DNA from: Clostridiales bacterium DTU073
GTDB lineage: Bacteria > Bacillota > Peptococcia > DRI-13 > DTU073
Direction: 5' to 3'
NCBI GenBank assembly: GCA_001512665.1
Contig: LFSF01000049.1
Coordinates: 794 to 58,257 of the forward strand
Length of the DNA: 57,464 nt
Every line of letters starts with the position of its first letter. Positions within the stretch are counted from its first letter, which is position 1. Both the position numbers and the translations under genes were made by a program. Below, piece after piece: positions 37,970 through 49,351 of this stretch. The notes below the pieces were generated by a model, which ran no database searches, was not told the origin of the DNA, and saw nothing but the letters and a program-made list of their open reading frames with translations.

Positions 37970-39295
37970 CTAGTCTTCTTTGATTGCCCGAACAATCAGC
38001 CTGATACCTTCAACCTTAATTATTTCAATTCTTTCCCCTTTTTGAATAAAGCTCCCATCAGTTACCACATCTAGTCTGGTCCCATCATCAAGCATAACGG
38101 TTCCGGCCGGTCTTAAAATGGTGATAGCCTCTCCTCTTTTGCCCAGATGAATACTTAAATCTTCTCCCTGGGGAATATATCCCTCCTCCTTTTTATACTT
38201 TGTTCCTAAAACTAAGCGGTCCCAAAATTTTCTCTTTGTCAACAATTTCAAACTGAGTATTATTAAAATAATTGTTCCTAGAATGGCTAAAACCAAAGAA
38301 ATTATCCCTGCTTCCCAACTAGGAGCGGAAAGAATAATACTTAAGGAGATACTGGCAATTCCACCGAAGCCAAAGATGCCAAAGCCCGGCATAAATATCT
38401 CCACACATAATAAAATCAACCCTAATAGGAAAAGTAAGATTGCTTCCCAACCGGTAAAACCCGCTAAAATATGTCCTCCAAAATAAAGTGCTAAGGAGGC
38501 CAACCCCACAAAACCGGCAATACCCCAGCCAACAGTTAAAATTTCAATTAATATCCCTGCAATCCCTAATGTTAACAAAAGTGTAGATATATAAGGATTG
38601 GTCACTATTCTGGTGATTTTTTCTGCAGTAGACAGTTGAGCTTCAAGGACTTCAGCCCCACTCAGATTTAAGATTTCTAAGAATTCAGCCTGATCTTGCA
38701 CCACATAATCAGTAAATCTATATTCTAAAGCTTGCTGATAAGTTAAGGTCAACAGTTTGCCTTTTTCAACTAAGCCGGGGATTTCCAGATCACGATCCGC
38801 CATCGCCATAGCTATTGTTCTGTCTCTGCCATTTCTTTCGGCAGTTGCACCCATCTCGGAAGCCCAATAGGAAACAAATTTTTCATCTGCTCTCTCATCA
38901 CCTATCCGAGGTTCTGCATCGCCAATAGTTGAACCGGGAACCATAGCTATTTTCGGGCAAGCCAGCGTTATATAAGCACCGGCAGAAATAGCCCCACCTT
39001 TAACCAAAGCTGCAGTAGAAAGAGGACTATTGGTAATCGTTTTTTTAATCTCCTGCGCCGCATCTACTCTTCCTCCTGGAGTATCTATCTCCAAAAGAAC
39101 TAAATCGACTGCTAATGCCTCAGCTTCCTTATAACTTCTATCGATAAAACTTGCTAAGCCCAGATCAATAGTTGATTCCACCGGAATAACAAAGACTCGC
39201 GGTGAGGGTGCTGCAAACACAGTATTAGTAAAAAGAATTATGAAAAGAATAATTAATAAACCAAATAAAACCAACTTTTTTTTCATAGTATTCAC
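37970..39295 (-). CDS. nfeD: NfeD family membrane protein with ClpP-like domain (YqeZ)
   Basis: IDTPGG, AISAG, KLLTLT, LRPAG C-terminal OB domain; precedes floA. Confidence 0.93.
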   Translation of the reverse strand: MNTMKKKLVLFGLLIILFIILFTNTVFAAPSPRVFVIPVESTIDLGLASFIDRSYKEAEALAVDLVLLEIDTPGGRVDAAQEIKKTITNSPLSTAALVKGGAISAGAYITLACPKIAMVPGSTIGDAEPRIGDERADEKFVSYWASEMGATAERNGRDRTIAMAMADRDLEIPGLVEKGKLLTLTYQQALEYRFTDYVVQDQAEFLEILNLSGAEVLEAQLSTAEKITRIVTNPYISTLLLTLGIAGILIEILTVGWGIAGFVGLASLALYFGGHILAGFTGWEAILLFLLGLILLCVEIFMPGFGIFGFGGIASISLSIILSAPSWEAGIISLVLAILGTIILIILSLKLLTKRKFWDRLVLGTKYKKEEGYIPQGEDLSIHLGKRGEAITILRPAGTVMLDDGTRLDVVTDGSFIQKGERIEIIKVEGIRLIVRAIKED

Positions 39296-39389
39296 CTTTG
39301 TTCTTTTTTATATTACACTCAATATCTTACCATATTATCAATATGTCTTCACCTGAATTCTGTGTAAAGTTGATTTCGTTATTTTACTC

Positions 39390-39418
39390 TTGCCAATTGG
39401 ATTAATTTTCATTATAAT
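39390..39418 (+). promoter_or_regulatory. SigA promoter for the transglycosylase gene
   Basis: TTGCCA-N17-TATAAT. Confidence 0.7.
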
Positions 39419-39458
39419 AAACAATATTCGTCTTTTTTAGTAAGAAAAATTTGGAGGT

Positions 39459-40103
39459 ATGTTGGTGTTTTTTAAAAAGTTAAAAGTGTTCCTAAAGGTT
39501 TTTCTTTGTACAAGTATGGTATTAGGTTCTTTCTTTACAATCTCTTTCTTGTATGAAGAAAAATCCTATCTAGAAAAAGAATTAATAAAATATAAGGAGG
39601 AAGTTTCCCAATTAAATCAAGAATTAGAAAAAATAAATAACTATGTACAAAAAATAAATAAATACGCAAAGGTATATAGAACCACACCGGAGATCATAGC
39701 TATGGTAACTGCAGAAAGTGAAAAATACAATCTTAATCCTACAATAATGTTGGAATTAATCAGAGTCGAAAGTAATTTTGATTCTCAAGCAATCAGTAAA
39801 GTAGGCGCCAAGGGGCTTTGTCAAATAAATCCGCGTACTGCCCAGGAGTTGGCCCGTGAACTTAAACTCGAATATAGTGAAGAAAAACTCTTTGATGATC
39901 ATTACAATATCCAACTGGGTACATACTACTTGGCTAAATTATTGAAAGAGTACAATATGGATTACCACAAAGCTCTCACTGCATATAATCGAGGTCCTAC
40001 GGGACTGGCAAATTTCATGAAAACCAGAGGTACTGCAGTTAGCAGATATTCACAAAAAATAAGTTCAAGGAGTCAACAACTAGCGTACAATAATAACTAT
40101 TAA
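39459..40103 (+). CDS. Lytic transglycosylase (SLT domain) with TM anchor and coiled coil
   Basis: VESNF catalytic motif, GAKGLCQI, NIQLGTYYL, ALTAYNRG; GGAGGT RBS. Confidence 0.92.
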   Translation: MLVFFKKLKVFLKVFLCTSMVLGSFFTISFLYEEKSYLEKELIKYKEEVSQLNQELEKINNYVQKINKYAKVYRTTPEIIAMVTAESEKYNLNPTIMLELIRVESNFDSQAISKVGAKGLCQINPRTAQELARELKLEYSEEKLFDDHYNIQLGTYYLAKLLKEYNMDYHKALTAYNRGPTGLANFMKTRGTAVSRYSQKISSRSQQLAYNNNY

Positions 40104-40119
40104 AACAAAAATGCATTAT

Positions 40120-40152
40120 AAAAAACAGCCCAAATGTTTCGGGCTGTTTTTT
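40120..40152. terminator. Bidirectional intrinsic terminator
   Basis: AAAAAACAGCCC-AAATGTTTC-GGGCTGTTTTTT between the convergent SLT gene and rpsU. Confidence 0.9.
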
Positions 40153-40173
40153 ATGTCAATTAAAAGCACTTTC

Positions 40174-40350
40174 TTATCTATATTTTCTTTTTCTAGCCGC
40201 TTCGGACTTCTTTTTTCTCCTTACACTCGGTTTTTCATAATGTTCGTGTTTTCTAGCCTCGGCAAGAACACCAGCCTTCTGACAGGTACGCTTGAAGCGG
40301 CGGAGTGCACTATCGAGAGATTCATTTTTACCTACTCTCACTTCGCTCAT
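40174..40350 (-). CDS. rpsU: 30S ribosomal protein S21 (58 aa; absent from the ORF track)
   Basis: [58 protein letters not shown]; GGAGGGAGG RBS. Confidence 0.99.
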   Translation of the reverse strand: MSEVRVGKNESLDSALRRFKRTCQKAGVLAEARKHEHYEKPSVRRKKKSEAARKRKYR

Positions 40351-40445
40351 TTGTTATCCCTCCCTCCATTACGACCGTCTTACTACTTAAGTAAATTATT
40401 GATGCCAATCTATTTAAATTAATAAGCGAAAGCAACATATTAAAT

Positions 40446-40474
40446 ATTATACTAAAACAGTTCCAAAGGGTCAA
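40446..40474 (-). promoter_or_regulatory. SigA promoter of rpsU
   Basis: TTGACC-N17-TATAAT. Confidence 0.8.
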
Positions 40475-40477
40475 GAA

Positions 40478-40819
40478 TTAACCTGCGGGCCATGTCAACT
40501 TTTTTCCGCCCAATAAGTGGAAATGCAGATGCTTAACTTCTTGTCCCCCATCTAACCCGCAATTGTTTACTACTCTAAAACCATTAACCAATCCCAAATC
40601 TTTGGCGATATTGCGAATAACCCCATGTACATACCCGATTAATTCCAACTGTTCATCCTTAACCTCTGCCAAACTTGTTATATGCTCTTTAGGTATCACC
40701 AAAATATGTACAGGAGCAGTAGGATTTATGTCATGAAAAGCCAAGACGCGATCATCCTCATAAACCTTTTTACTGGGAATCTCTCCACTGATAATCTTGC
40801 AAAAAATACAATCACTCAT
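40478..40819 (-). CDS. HIT (histidine triad) nucleotide-binding protein
   Basis: DCIFCKI, AFHDINP.AP.H, HLHFHLLGG. Confidence 0.97.
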   Translation of the reverse strand: MSDCIFCKIISGEIPSKKVYEDDRVLAFHDINPTAPVHILVIPKEHITSLAEVKDEQLELIGYVHGVIRNIAKDLGLVNGFRVVNNCGLDGGQEVKHLHFHLLGGKKLTWPAG

Positions 40820-40888
40820 TATTTGCCACCCCCTTACTCTTCATATACAGCTAACACAAACACCATACCTATCAAAGCATAGATGTGA

Positions 40889-42247
40889 TTATTGTAACTG
40901 GAAAACGTCTCCAAAACAATAATTTTTCTCTACTTTTTTTAAATAAATGGGGATAATCTGACCACGCGGTGCCTCATCAGAGTTAAATCTGACTTTGAGA
41001 TAATTGGCACTGCTTCCCTCCCATGTATGCTCAGCAACCTTTTCTTCTACGAGAACATCTAAAGTTTGACCCAAAAATTTCTGTGCATACAACTTGGCTA
41101 ATTTTTCCCCTAAGCGAATCATTTTTCTGCTGCGGGCTTCTTTTACCGCAGGTGATATTTGTCCGCTAAAGCTAGCAGCCGGTGTACCCCGACGTGGCGA
41201 ATACTTAAACACATGTAGTCTACTAAAAGCAACTTTCTCCACAAACTTTAAATACTCTTGAAAATGCTCGTCAGTTTCCCCTGGAAAACCAACCATTATA
41301 TCGGTGGTTAGGGCAATATCGGGGATTTTTTTTCTAATATCCGTAATAATCTCCAGATATTGTTCCGTCGTATAAGGTCTATTCATCGCCTTTAAGATTT
41401 TATCATGTCCACTTTGTAATGGCAAATGAAGATGGGGACAAAAATTCCGATATCCCAGCATTAAATCTAATAACTCCGGACTAACTTCAACAGGTTCTAA
41501 TGAACCCAAACGCCAACGTACCTGCTCTGTTAACGGGAGTAAGTGTTTTAAAAGATAAACCAAATTTTCCCCTTCTCCCAGATCGCGACCATAAGCCCCT
41601 AAATGAATCCCTAAGAGCACGATTTCTCTAAATCCGGCCTTAATCAATCTTTCCGCTTCAGCTAAAGTACTTTCTAAGGAGCGACTGCGCACGGGACCAC
41701 GGGCATAAGGAATAATACAATAGGAACAAAACTGATCACAGCCTTCCTGCACCTTCAGATATGCTCTGGAACGTTCAATACTCTTTTCCAGCTTAATCTC
41801 CTCAAATTCCTGCCCCTGTTGATACTTCCGTACAAAAATTTGCGGTGCAGGTTTATTTATAGTCGTCTCCTGCTCCTTACCCTTTAATAACTTGCCCTTT
41901 AATAAATCTTCCACTAATTCTACTAAACGGCTTTTTTCATTCGTACCCACAATCAAACTAACACCGGCAATTTTTCTAATTGCCTCAGCATCCGTTTGAG
42001 CGTAACAACCTGTAACCACTATCTGAGCCTGGGGATTGACTTTCAGCGCGCGTCTAATCATTTGTCGTGATTTGCGGTCAGCCAAATGAGTCACCGTACA
42101 GGTGTTGATAATATAAACATCAGCTTCAGCAGTAAAATCTACAATTTCATAACCCTTCTCCCTAAATTGACCGCTAAAAGCTTCTGTTTCATTCTGATTT
42201 ACTTTACAACCTAAAGTATAAAAAGCGATCCGAGGTATTTCCCTCAT
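40889..42247 (-). CDS. mtaB: tRNA t6A37 methylthiotransferase MtaB
   Basis: TLGCKVNQ.ET, NTCTVT, CDQFCSYC radical SAM motif; start ATG 42247 overlaps rsmE stop. Confidence 0.96.
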   Translation of the reverse strand: MREIPRIAFYTLGCKVNQNETEAFSGQFREKGYEIVDFTAEADVYIINTCTVTHLADRKSRQMIRRALKVNPQAQIVVTGCYAQTDAEAIRKIAGVSLIVGTNEKSRLVELVEDLLKGKLLKGKEQETTINKPAPQIFVRKYQQGQEFEEIKLEKSIERSRAYLKVQEGCDQFCSYCIIPYARGPVRSRSLESTLAEAERLIKAGFREIVLLGIHLGAYGRDLGEGENLVYLLKHLLPLTEQVRWRLGSLEPVEVSPELLDLMLGYRNFCPHLHLPLQSGHDKILKAMNRPYTTEQYLEIITDIRKKIPDIALTTDIMVGFPGETDEHFQEYLKFVEKVAFSRLHVFKYSPRRGTPAASFSGQISPAVKEARSRKMIRLGEKLAKLYAQKFLGQTLDVLVEEKVAEHTWEGSSANYLKVRFNSDEAPRGQIIPIYLKKVEKNYCFGDVFQLQ

Positions 42248-43041
42248 TAAACCCAGTCCCCCCATGCAAACATCAACACCGACAGTGCAGCAAGACCTGC
42301 TGTCTCCGTACGTAAAATTCTCGGACCTAAGGAAACCGTTACACCCCCACAACTCTGGACTTGCCGGACTTCCTCTGCGGTAAAACCACCCTCCGGACCA
42401 ATTATCAGATAGACAGGGGTTTTTTCTTTTTCCTTAATTAGCTCTGCATCCGGCGAATCTTGCCAGGCAACTACTTGCTTTAAGGCTTCCTGAAAGGGAA
42501 TGCCGCCTTCTTCCCAGGGTAAAATTAAATACCTTTTGGGCGGCAATTGCTGCAACAATTCCTTCATAGTGCAAACCGGCATCACCGTAGGTATTAACGC
42601 CCGTCGACACTGCTTAACGGCTTCTAAAGCTACTTTCTGCCAACGTTTACGCCTTTCCTCCTCTTTTTTTCCCTCTAGCTTGACAACACAGCGTTGTGCT
42701 TTTAAAGGGATAATCCCTCGTACTCCTAACTCGGTAGCCTTTTGAATGATTAATTCCATTTTTTCTCCTTTAGGAATACCTTGAACAAGCCACACCTCCA
42801 AAGAACTTTCCCGAGGTAATAAAAGGGAATCCCCTATACTAAGTATGGCTTCATCTTTCTCTATAGAGAAAATCTTTCCCGCATATTCTCTGCCCAAACC
42901 GTCGAAAACAGTAACCTCTTGTCCTGGTAATAAACGCAACACACGGGAAAGATGAATGAATTCCTGCCCTTTGATTATCGCCCAATTATGGTGTTCCTGG
43001 TCCTGATAAAAATCCTCCGGGGGTACATAAAATCTATGCAT
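42247..43041 (-). CDS. rsmE: 16S rRNA m3U1498 methyltransferase
   Basis: HL.RVLRL, QKATELGV, EA.KQC.R, IGPEGG, LGPRILRTETA; start ATG 43041. Confidence 0.97.
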   Translation of the reverse strand: MHRFYVPPEDFYQDQEHHNWAIIKGQEFIHLSRVLRLLPGQEVTVFDGLGREYAGKIFSIEKDEAILSIGDSLLLPRESSLEVWLVQGIPKGEKMELIIQKATELGVRGIIPLKAQRCVVKLEGKKEEERRKRWQKVALEAVKQCRRALIPTVMPVCTMKELLQQLPPKRYLILPWEEGGIPFQEALKQVVAWQDSPDAELIKEKEKTPVYLIIGPEGGFTAEEVRQVQSCGGVTVSLGPRILRTETAGLAALSVLMFAWGDWV

Positions 43042-43045
43042 CACT

Positions 43046-43981
43046 CTACACCCCCAACTGCCAAACTTGGGCCACCCAATCTTCCTGCGTTTTTTCCTCT
43101 CTGAGCACAAATCCTATCTCCTGAAGAGCAGTAAATACTTCTTCTCGCCTCTCTTTGATAATCCCGGACACTAGGAAAAAACCACCTTGATTTAACCGCT
43201 CCTTTGCCTGTAAAGCCAGCTTTATAATGGTCGCAGCCACAATATTAGCCACAATCAGCTCTACTTTTTGCTCAACTCCTACTAAAAGATTATTCTTTTT
43301 AACAGTAATCAGATGAGCTAATCCATTTTGTTGAATATTTTCTTGAGCAACTTTCACCGCTACCTCATCGTAATCTAAAGCCAGTACCTCTTCAGCCCCT
43401 AAAGAGGCAGCAATCATCGCTAAAATCCCCGTTCCGGTACCCACATCGATAACCTTAAATCCCGGGTGCAAAAATTTTTCCAGTAGAAGCGCACTCATGG
43501 CCGTTGTAGCATGAGTTCCGCAACCAAAAGCCATTCCCGGATCCATCTCTAAAACAATCTCATCCTCACCTGCTTGATAATCTTCCCAAGTTGGTTTGAT
43601 TACTATTCTCGACCCAAGTTTGATCGGTTTAAAATAAACCTTCCAAGAATTGGCCCAATCTTCTTCCTGCACGATAGCTAAACGGATTTCACTGTTTTTT
43701 TCACCCAGACGAGCCATAATCTCTTCTATTCCTAATTTTAATTGCTCTAATTTCTGCGGAAGACTATCATTTATAGGCAAATAGCCTTTGACTACCGGAG
43801 AAGATTGATACAACCGTTCCTCCGGTAATTCAAAGGCATCCCAATTACCTTCGCTGATTTTGGTTTTCAATAATTCAGGGTCTTCAATAACAACTCCACC
43901 AGACCCCACTTGATAAAAACATTCAGCTACAGCTTCCACAGCTTCAGAAACTGTAATAACCGTTATTTCTTGCCATTCCAT
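43046..43981 (-). CDS. prmA: Ribosomal protein L11 methyltransferase
   Basis: EEDWANSWK, DPGMAFG.G.H.TT, DVGTGTGIL, VANI. Confidence 0.97.
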   Translation of the reverse strand: MEWQEITVITVSEAVEAVAECFYQVGSGGVVIEDPELLKTKISEGNWDAFELPEERLYQSSPVVKGYLPINDSLPQKLEQLKLGIEEIMARLGEKNSEIRLAIVQEEDWANSWKVYFKPIKLGSRIVIKPTWEDYQAGEDEIVLEMDPGMAFGCGTHATTAMSALLLEKFLHPGFKVIDVGTGTGILAMIAASLGAEEVLALDYDEVAVKVAQENIQQNGLAHLITVKKNNLLVGVEQKVELIVANIVAATIIKLALQAKERLNQGGFFLVSGIIKERREEVFTALQEIGFVLREEKTQEDWVAQVWQLGV

Positions 43982-43986
43982 GGTAA

Positions 43987-45153
43987 TTAATCTCCCATCC
44001 CTTTTAAACTATCCCAAACCTTTTCCCAGAGTCCTTTATCTTTGCCTTTACCCTTAGGACGATAATTTTCCTCATTAATACTGCTGGCAAAATCACGTAA
44101 ACGTTGTTTCTGTTCTTCCGTAAGCTTTGTCGGTGTAACCACTATAACCTTTACATATAGATCCCCTCGGCCACCCCCATGAAGACGGTTGACCCCCTGC
44201 CCTTTCATTCTTAAAACAGTATGAGACTGAGTACCTTCAGGAATTTTCAAAGTTGCTTTTCCTTGTAAAGTGGGGACCTTAATTTCATCTCCTAAAGTAG
44301 CTTGGATAAAAGTGATGGGATACTCCATAAACAGATCATATCCGCGTCTTTCAAAATATTTATGAGGTCTAACTTCGATGAAGACATATAAATCTCCCGG
44401 TGGTCCTCCCCTTAGTCCGGCTTCACCTTCTCCGGATAAACGAATCCTTGAACCGGTATCAACTCCGGCCGGTATTTTAATCTTAATTTTCCTCTTCCTC
44501 TTAACCTTTCCGGCACCATGACAATCAGGACAAGGCGTAGAAATTACCTTACCCGAACCACCACATTGAGGACACGTTTTTACAGTTTGAAAATGACCTA
44601 ATGCTGTCCTTTGCGTAAACCGGATTTCCCCTTTACCCTGACATTGTGAACAGGTGACCGGGTTTGTTCCGGGTTTTGCGCCACTGCCCTTACAAGTAGT
44701 ACAGTTTTCTGTTCGCGGAATCTCTATTTCTTTTTCTACACCAAAGGCAGCTTCCTCAAAAGACAATTCCATATCTAAACGCAAATCGGCACCTTGCTGA
44801 GGACCAGTTTTTCTGGCAGAAGCAGCACCACCAAAAAACATATCAAAAATATCACCAAAACCACCAAAATCACCGGCTGTGCCGCCACCAAAACCACCAA
44901 ACCCGCCAAAACCGCCAAAACCATTAGGATCAGTGCCTGCATGGCCAAATTGGTCATATCTTTGTTTTTTCCCGGGGTCACTCAACACTTCATATGCTTC
45001 ATTGATTTCTTTAAATTTACTCTCAGCCTCTTTATTTCCTGGATTAACGTCCGGATGATACTGACGGGCTAATTTCCGATAAGCCTTTTTTATCTCTGTC
45101 TCTGAAGCATTTCTATCTACACCTAAAACTTCATAGTAATCTCTTTTGGCCAT
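43987..45153 (-). CDS. dnaJ: Chaperone DnaJ
   Basis: J domain with HPD, G/F region, four CxxCxGxG repeats. Confidence 0.99.
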   Translation of the reverse strand: MAKRDYYEVLGVDRNASETEIKKAYRKLARQYHPDVNPGNKEAESKFKEINEAYEVLSDPGKKQRYDQFGHAGTDPNGFGGFGGFGGFGGGTAGDFGGFGDIFDMFFGGAASARKTGPQQGADLRLDMELSFEEAAFGVEKEIEIPRTENCTTCKGSGAKPGTNPVTCSQCQGKGEIRFTQRTALGHFQTVKTCPQCGGSGKVISTPCPDCHGAGKVKRKRKIKIKIPAGVDTGSRIRLSGEGEAGLRGGPPGDLYVFIEVRPHKYFERRGYDLFMEYPITFIQATLGDEIKVPTLQGKATLKIPEGTQSHTVLRMKGQGVNRLHGGGRGDLYVKVIVVTPTKLTEEQKQRLRDFASSINEENYRPKGKGKDKGLWEKVWDSLKGMGD

Positions 45154-45213
45154 GACCTCACCTCCATCTCCGACAAACCAGTGCCACCTTTATATAACTT
45201 TTATTATCTTAAT

Positions 45214-47064
45214 TTACTTGTTGTCATCATCTTTTACTTCAAAATCAGCGTCTACAACATTTTCTTTGCCTTCACTTTTGGCAGTACCTGTTGTTTCGCC
45301 GGTGCCGGTTGCATTACCGGCATTTGCTGTTTGATTTTGCTGATACATTTTGGAGGTCAATTTATACAATTCATTAGTCAAGGCCTCACTCTTATTCTTG
45401 ATCTCTTCAACATTACCACTATTTACAGCTTCTTGCAGAGCCTCTTTTGCTTTATTAATATTGTCTTTATCCTCCTGTGTAGCAATATCACCAGCATCTT
45501 TCAACGCCTTCTCAGTCTGATAAATTAAATTGTCAGCTTGATTCTTCGCATCGACTTCTTCTCTCCGTTTCTTATCTTCAGCAGCATTTTTCTCTGCTTC
45601 TTTAATCATTCGCTCAATCTCTTCCTGACTCAATCCCGAAGAAGAAGTAATCGTAATGGCCTGTTCTTTCCCTGTCCCCATATCCTTGGCAGAGACATTA
45701 ACAATCCCATTAGCATCAATATCAAATTTTACTTCAATTTGAGGCACTCCCCGTGGTGCAGGTGGAATACCGGTTAATTGGAAACGTCCTAGTGTCTTGT
45801 TATATGCAGCCATTTCTCTTTCTCCCTGAAGAACATGAATCTCTACAGAAGTCTGATTATCCGCTGCCGTCGAGAATATCTGGCTCTTGGAAGTAGGAAT
45901 GGTCGTATTTCTCTCGATTAATTTAGTAAATACACCACCTAAAGTCTCAATACCTAAGGATAAGGGAGTAACATCCAAAAGTAACACATCTTTAACTTCT
46001 CCGGATAAAACTCCCCCCTGAATAGCAGCACCCATGGCTACACACTCATCAGGGTTAATGCCCTTAAATGGTTCCTTATTTAATACCCTGGCAATAGCTT
46101 CTTGTACAGCGGGAATCCGAGTTGATCCCCCAACCAACAGAACCTTATCAATATCCTTGGCTTCAAGACCGGCATCCCTTAAAGCTTGACGAGTTGGTCC
46201 CATTGTTGCTTCTACTAAATCTGCAGTAAGCTCATTAAATTTAGCTCTCGTCAAAGTTAAATCAAGATGAATAGGTCCTTCTGCCGTTGCCGTAATAAAA
46301 GGCAGGTTAATTGACGTGGTTGTCATAGAAGAAAGCTCATGTTTTGCTTTTTCCGCAGCCTCACGTAAACGCTGCATGGCCATCTTGTCTTTTTGCAGAT
46401 CTACCCCATTCTGTTTCTTAAATTCTTCTATCATCCAGTTGACGATGCGCTGGTCAAAATCATCACCGCCTAGACGATTGTTACCACTGGTAGCTTTTAC
46501 TTCAAAGACACCATCACCTAACTCTAAAATCGAAACATCAAAAGTTCCGCCACCAAGGTCAAAGACAAGAACGATCTGATCCTCTTCTTTTTCAATCCCA
46601 TAGGCCAAAGCAGCTGCCGTAGGTTCGTTAATAATCCTTAATACTTCTAATCCGGCTATTTTTCCGGCATCTTTTGTCGCCTGACGCTGTGAATCATTAA
46701 AATAAGCGGGAACTGTAATTACCGCCTGAGTAACCTTTTCGCCTAAATAACTCTCGGCATCAGCCTTCAACTTTTGCAGAATCATAGCAGATATTTCCTG
46801 GGGAGTATATTCTTTATCCTCAATACGTACTTTATGATTTGTACCCATTTCTCTTTTAATTGACTGAATCGTCCGTTCGGAATTGGTAACTGCCTGTCTT
46901 TTCGCTACTTGCCCTACTAATTTTTCTCCAGTCTTAGAAAAAGCCACAACAGACGGAGTTGTTCTATTTCCCTCGGAATTAGGGATAACTACAGGTTCTC
47001 CACCTTCCATAAAAGCTACACAAGAATTTGTAGTACCTAAATCAATACCTATCACTTTTCCCAT
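45214..47064 (-). CDS. dnaK: Chaperone DnaK
   Basis: [27 protein letters not shown]; start ATG 47064 after AGGAGG. Confidence 0.99.
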   Translation of the reverse strand: MGKVIGIDLGTTNSCVAFMEGGEPVVIPNSEGNRTTPSVVAFSKTGEKLVGQVAKRQAVTNSERTIQSIKREMGTNHKVRIEDKEYTPQEISAMILQKLKADAESYLGEKVTQAVITVPAYFNDSQRQATKDAGKIAGLEVLRIINEPTAAALAYGIEKEEDQIVLVFDLGGGTFDVSILELGDGVFEVKATSGNNRLGGDDFDQRIVNWMIEEFKKQNGVDLQKDKMAMQRLREAAEKAKHELSSMTTTSINLPFITATAEGPIHLDLTLTRAKFNELTADLVEATMGPTRQALRDAGLEAKDIDKVLLVGGSTRIPAVQEAIARVLNKEPFKGINPDECVAMGAAIQGGVLSGEVKDVLLLDVTPLSLGIETLGGVFTKLIERNTTIPTSKSQIFSTAADNQTSVEIHVLQGEREMAAYNKTLGRFQLTGIPPAPRGVPQIEVKFDIDANGIVNVSAKDMGTGKEQAITITSSSGLSQEEIERMIKEAEKNAAEDKKRREEVDAKNQADNLIYQTEKALKDAGDIATQEDKDNINKAKEALQEAVNSGNVEEIKNKSEALTNELYKLTSKMYQQNQTANAGNATGTGETTGTAKSEGKENVVDADFEVKDDDNK

Positions 47065-47101
47065 AAGTACGTTCCTCCTTAACAAACTAATGACAAATCT
47101 T

Positions 47102-47740
47102 TTATTCACCTACGGCTACTTTCACCATAGATGCCCTAAGCAATTTACCTTTAAATAAATAACCTTTTAACACCTCTTCAACGATCTGATTATCAGCCAC
47201 ACCTTCTTCAGCAGGAACTTGCATCACCGCTTCATGAATAAGCGGATCAAAACTTGCACCCACTGCTTCGATGGGCTCTAATCCTTCTTTTTGTAGTATT
47301 TCTCTAAACTGCTTTTCAATCATCTTTATACCAGATAAAACATTCTTTGTTTCCTCATTAAGCTCATTTACTGAAAGCAGCGCTCTTTCAAAATTATCCA
47401 ACACAGGTAATAGCTTTTCCACCAGCCCCTGACAAGCATACTGAAACCATTCTTCCTTTTCTTTTTGTACCCTTTTGCGATAATTATCAAAATCAGCATG
47501 ACTTCTCAGTAAGCTATCCTTAAGCTCAGCTATTTCTTTCTCTAGCTCTTTCTCTCTGTCCAGAGTATTATCTTGATCTTCCTTTTCGTTACCCTGTCCT
47601 TCGTTAGTTCCAATCTGCTGTTCTTGTTCTTGCTGAGCAATATTCTCCTCATTTTCTAAAGCAATATTACACAGCTCACTTTCTGCTCTATTGGAATTTT
47701 CACTCTCATTTTTTAAAGTTTCATTTTTTGTCATTCTCAA
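47102..47740 (-). CDS. grpE: Nucleotide exchange factor GrpE
   Basis: [31 protein letters not shown]....LLR..MVKV. Confidence 0.98.
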   Translation of the reverse strand: MRMTKNETLKNESENSNRAESELCNIALENEENIAQQEQEQQIGTNEGQGNEKEDQDNTLDREKELEKEIAELKDSLLRSHADFDNYRKRVQKEKEEWFQYACQGLVEKLLPVLDNFERALLSVNELNEETKNVLSGIKMIEKQFREILQKEGLEPIEAVGASFDPLIHEAVMQVPAEEGVADNQIVEEVLKGYLFKGKLLRASMVKVAVGE

Positions 47741-47757
47741 TTCTCACCACCTTAAGC

Positions 47758-49323
47758 CTAGTCTTCGTTTTGTAAATTATTTGAAGAAACATGTTCCTTC
47801 TTCTTAATAATAGTATCTATCCTTAAAATAGCTGTAGCTACTTCACCGGCTGCTTTCAAAGCATGTTTTTTCACCAAAACCGGGTCATAAACCCCTAGCT
47901 CTTGCATATTTACAATTTCACCACTATCACAGTTTATCCCTAGAGCATGATTATTCTCAGCGATTTGCGCCGCAATAACTTCTCCCAACTTCTCTAACGG
48001 ATTAAAACCTGCATTAAAAACAATTTGCGTAAAAGGTTGTTTTAAGGCCTCGATTACACAGTCCATACCATAAACGGCCATCCCTTGAGCTTCCTGACGA
48101 ATTTGTTGCAATTCATGCGCTAAGGCTAACTCAATACTGCCTCCCCCGGATACAACGCCGCCTTTTACCGCGGCCTGAACAGCCGCTGCTGCATCCTTAG
48201 CAATCCTTTCTCTTTCTCCTACCACTTCCTCTGTAGAAGCACCCACTAAAACAGAAGCCTTAGGCTGCCCTTTTCCTCCCAAGAGACAAACATGTTTTAG
48301 TTTTTCCTCAAAATATACTTCCTCTACTTTTCCTAAAAACTGTTTAAGTTCTTTTTCCTCTTTTTTCAGACCTGTTCTCTTCAAGGGTTTGGCCCCGGTA
48401 AACTCTGCAGCCTGTCGTAATTCTTTATTGGCAACTCGCTGGAGTACCATAACTCCTGCGTCGGTAAAAATCTCCTCTGCTAAATCATGAGTGCCACGAT
48501 CAACAAGAACCAAACCTACTCCTAAATTGACTACTTTTTTCAGATTTTGACGAAATTCTTCCTGATATTTTAAATAACGTGTAAAACCCGCTTCTGTTCC
48601 TAAAGCTTCATCTTCGATTTCTTCTGGTTCTAGGGCATCATCAATAACTAAAACCTTAACTGATTTTAGTTTTTTAGGCATTTCCAAATTTAATGGTTCT
48701 TTATCAATAATTACCCCAGAAACAACCTGATTCTCAGCCCCTGCAACAGCACGAATAATCTCAGCCAATTTAAAAGATGGCTCAAAGAACTTATCCTTTC
48801 CTAAAAGTATGGCTGCCCTCACTACTAATTCCGCAATATCTTCATTTCCCCGTGCTGCCACCTGAGCTGTTTTCCTTAAAATCAGTTCATTAAGTTCGGT
48901 AATTTTGACTGCCTTATCCTCTAAAGCAACAATAGCTTTCTTGATACCTAAAGATATTCCTTCGATAACCTTTACAACAGGAACCCCTTTGCGAACTTGT
49001 CTGACACCTTCATTTACTAAAGCTCCTGCTAAAATCGTTGCCGTTGTCGTGCCATCGCCTATTTCTTCTTGTTGAGCTTTGGCTATATTAATCAACATTT
49101 TAGCCGCAGGATGATTAACATCCATTAGTTCAAGAATAGTAACACCATCATTAGTAATAACTACTTGACCAAATTGGTCTACCAACATCGTATCTAAACC
49201 CTTAGGACCTAATGTACCTTCCACTGCCTGAGCAATAACCATAACGGCTTTGGCATTAGTCTGCAGTGCAGACAAGGCTTCCTCTTCTCCTGAGCTGGGT
49301 TTATTATACTGATTAACATTCAT
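47758..49323 (-). CDS. Archaeal-like (thermosome/TCP-1 type, group III) chaperonin
   Basis: TLGPKGLDTMLVD, ITNDGVTIL, HPAAKML, GDGTTTA, GGGSIE, GVYDP..VK, ILRIDTII; no GroEL GGM tail and no adjacent groES. Confidence 0.92.
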   Translation of the reverse strand: MNVNQYNKPSSGEEEALSALQTNAKAVMVIAQAVEGTLGPKGLDTMLVDQFGQVVITNDGVTILELMDVNHPAAKMLINIAKAQQEEIGDGTTTATILAGALVNEGVRQVRKGVPVVKVIEGISLGIKKAIVALEDKAVKITELNELILRKTAQVAARGNEDIAELVVRAAILLGKDKFFEPSFKLAEIIRAVAGAENQVVSGVIIDKEPLNLEMPKKLKSVKVLVIDDALEPEEIEDEALGTEAGFTRYLKYQEEFRQNLKKVVNLGVGLVLVDRGTHDLAEEIFTDAGVMVLQRVANKELRQAAEFTGAKPLKRTGLKKEEKELKQFLGKVEEVYFEEKLKHVCLLGGKGQPKASVLVGASTEEVVGERERIAKDAAAAVQAAVKGGVVSGGGSIELALAHELQQIRQEAQGMAVYGMDCVIEALKQPFTQIVFNAGFNPLEKLGEVIAAQIAENNHALGINCDSGEIVNMQELGVYDPVLVKKHALKAAGEVATAILRIDTIIKKKEHVSSNNLQNED

Positions 49324-49351
49324 TGAGGTAACCTCCGAAACAAATATTAGC

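Noticed and set aside
40111-40422. 103-aa plus-strand ORF
   Set aside because: Antisense to rpsU and spans the terminator
44825-44925. Short ACCRCCAAA repeats as a possible repeat array or CRISPR
   Set aside because: They encode the G/F-rich linker of DnaJ; no repeat-spacer array or cas gene was seen in the window
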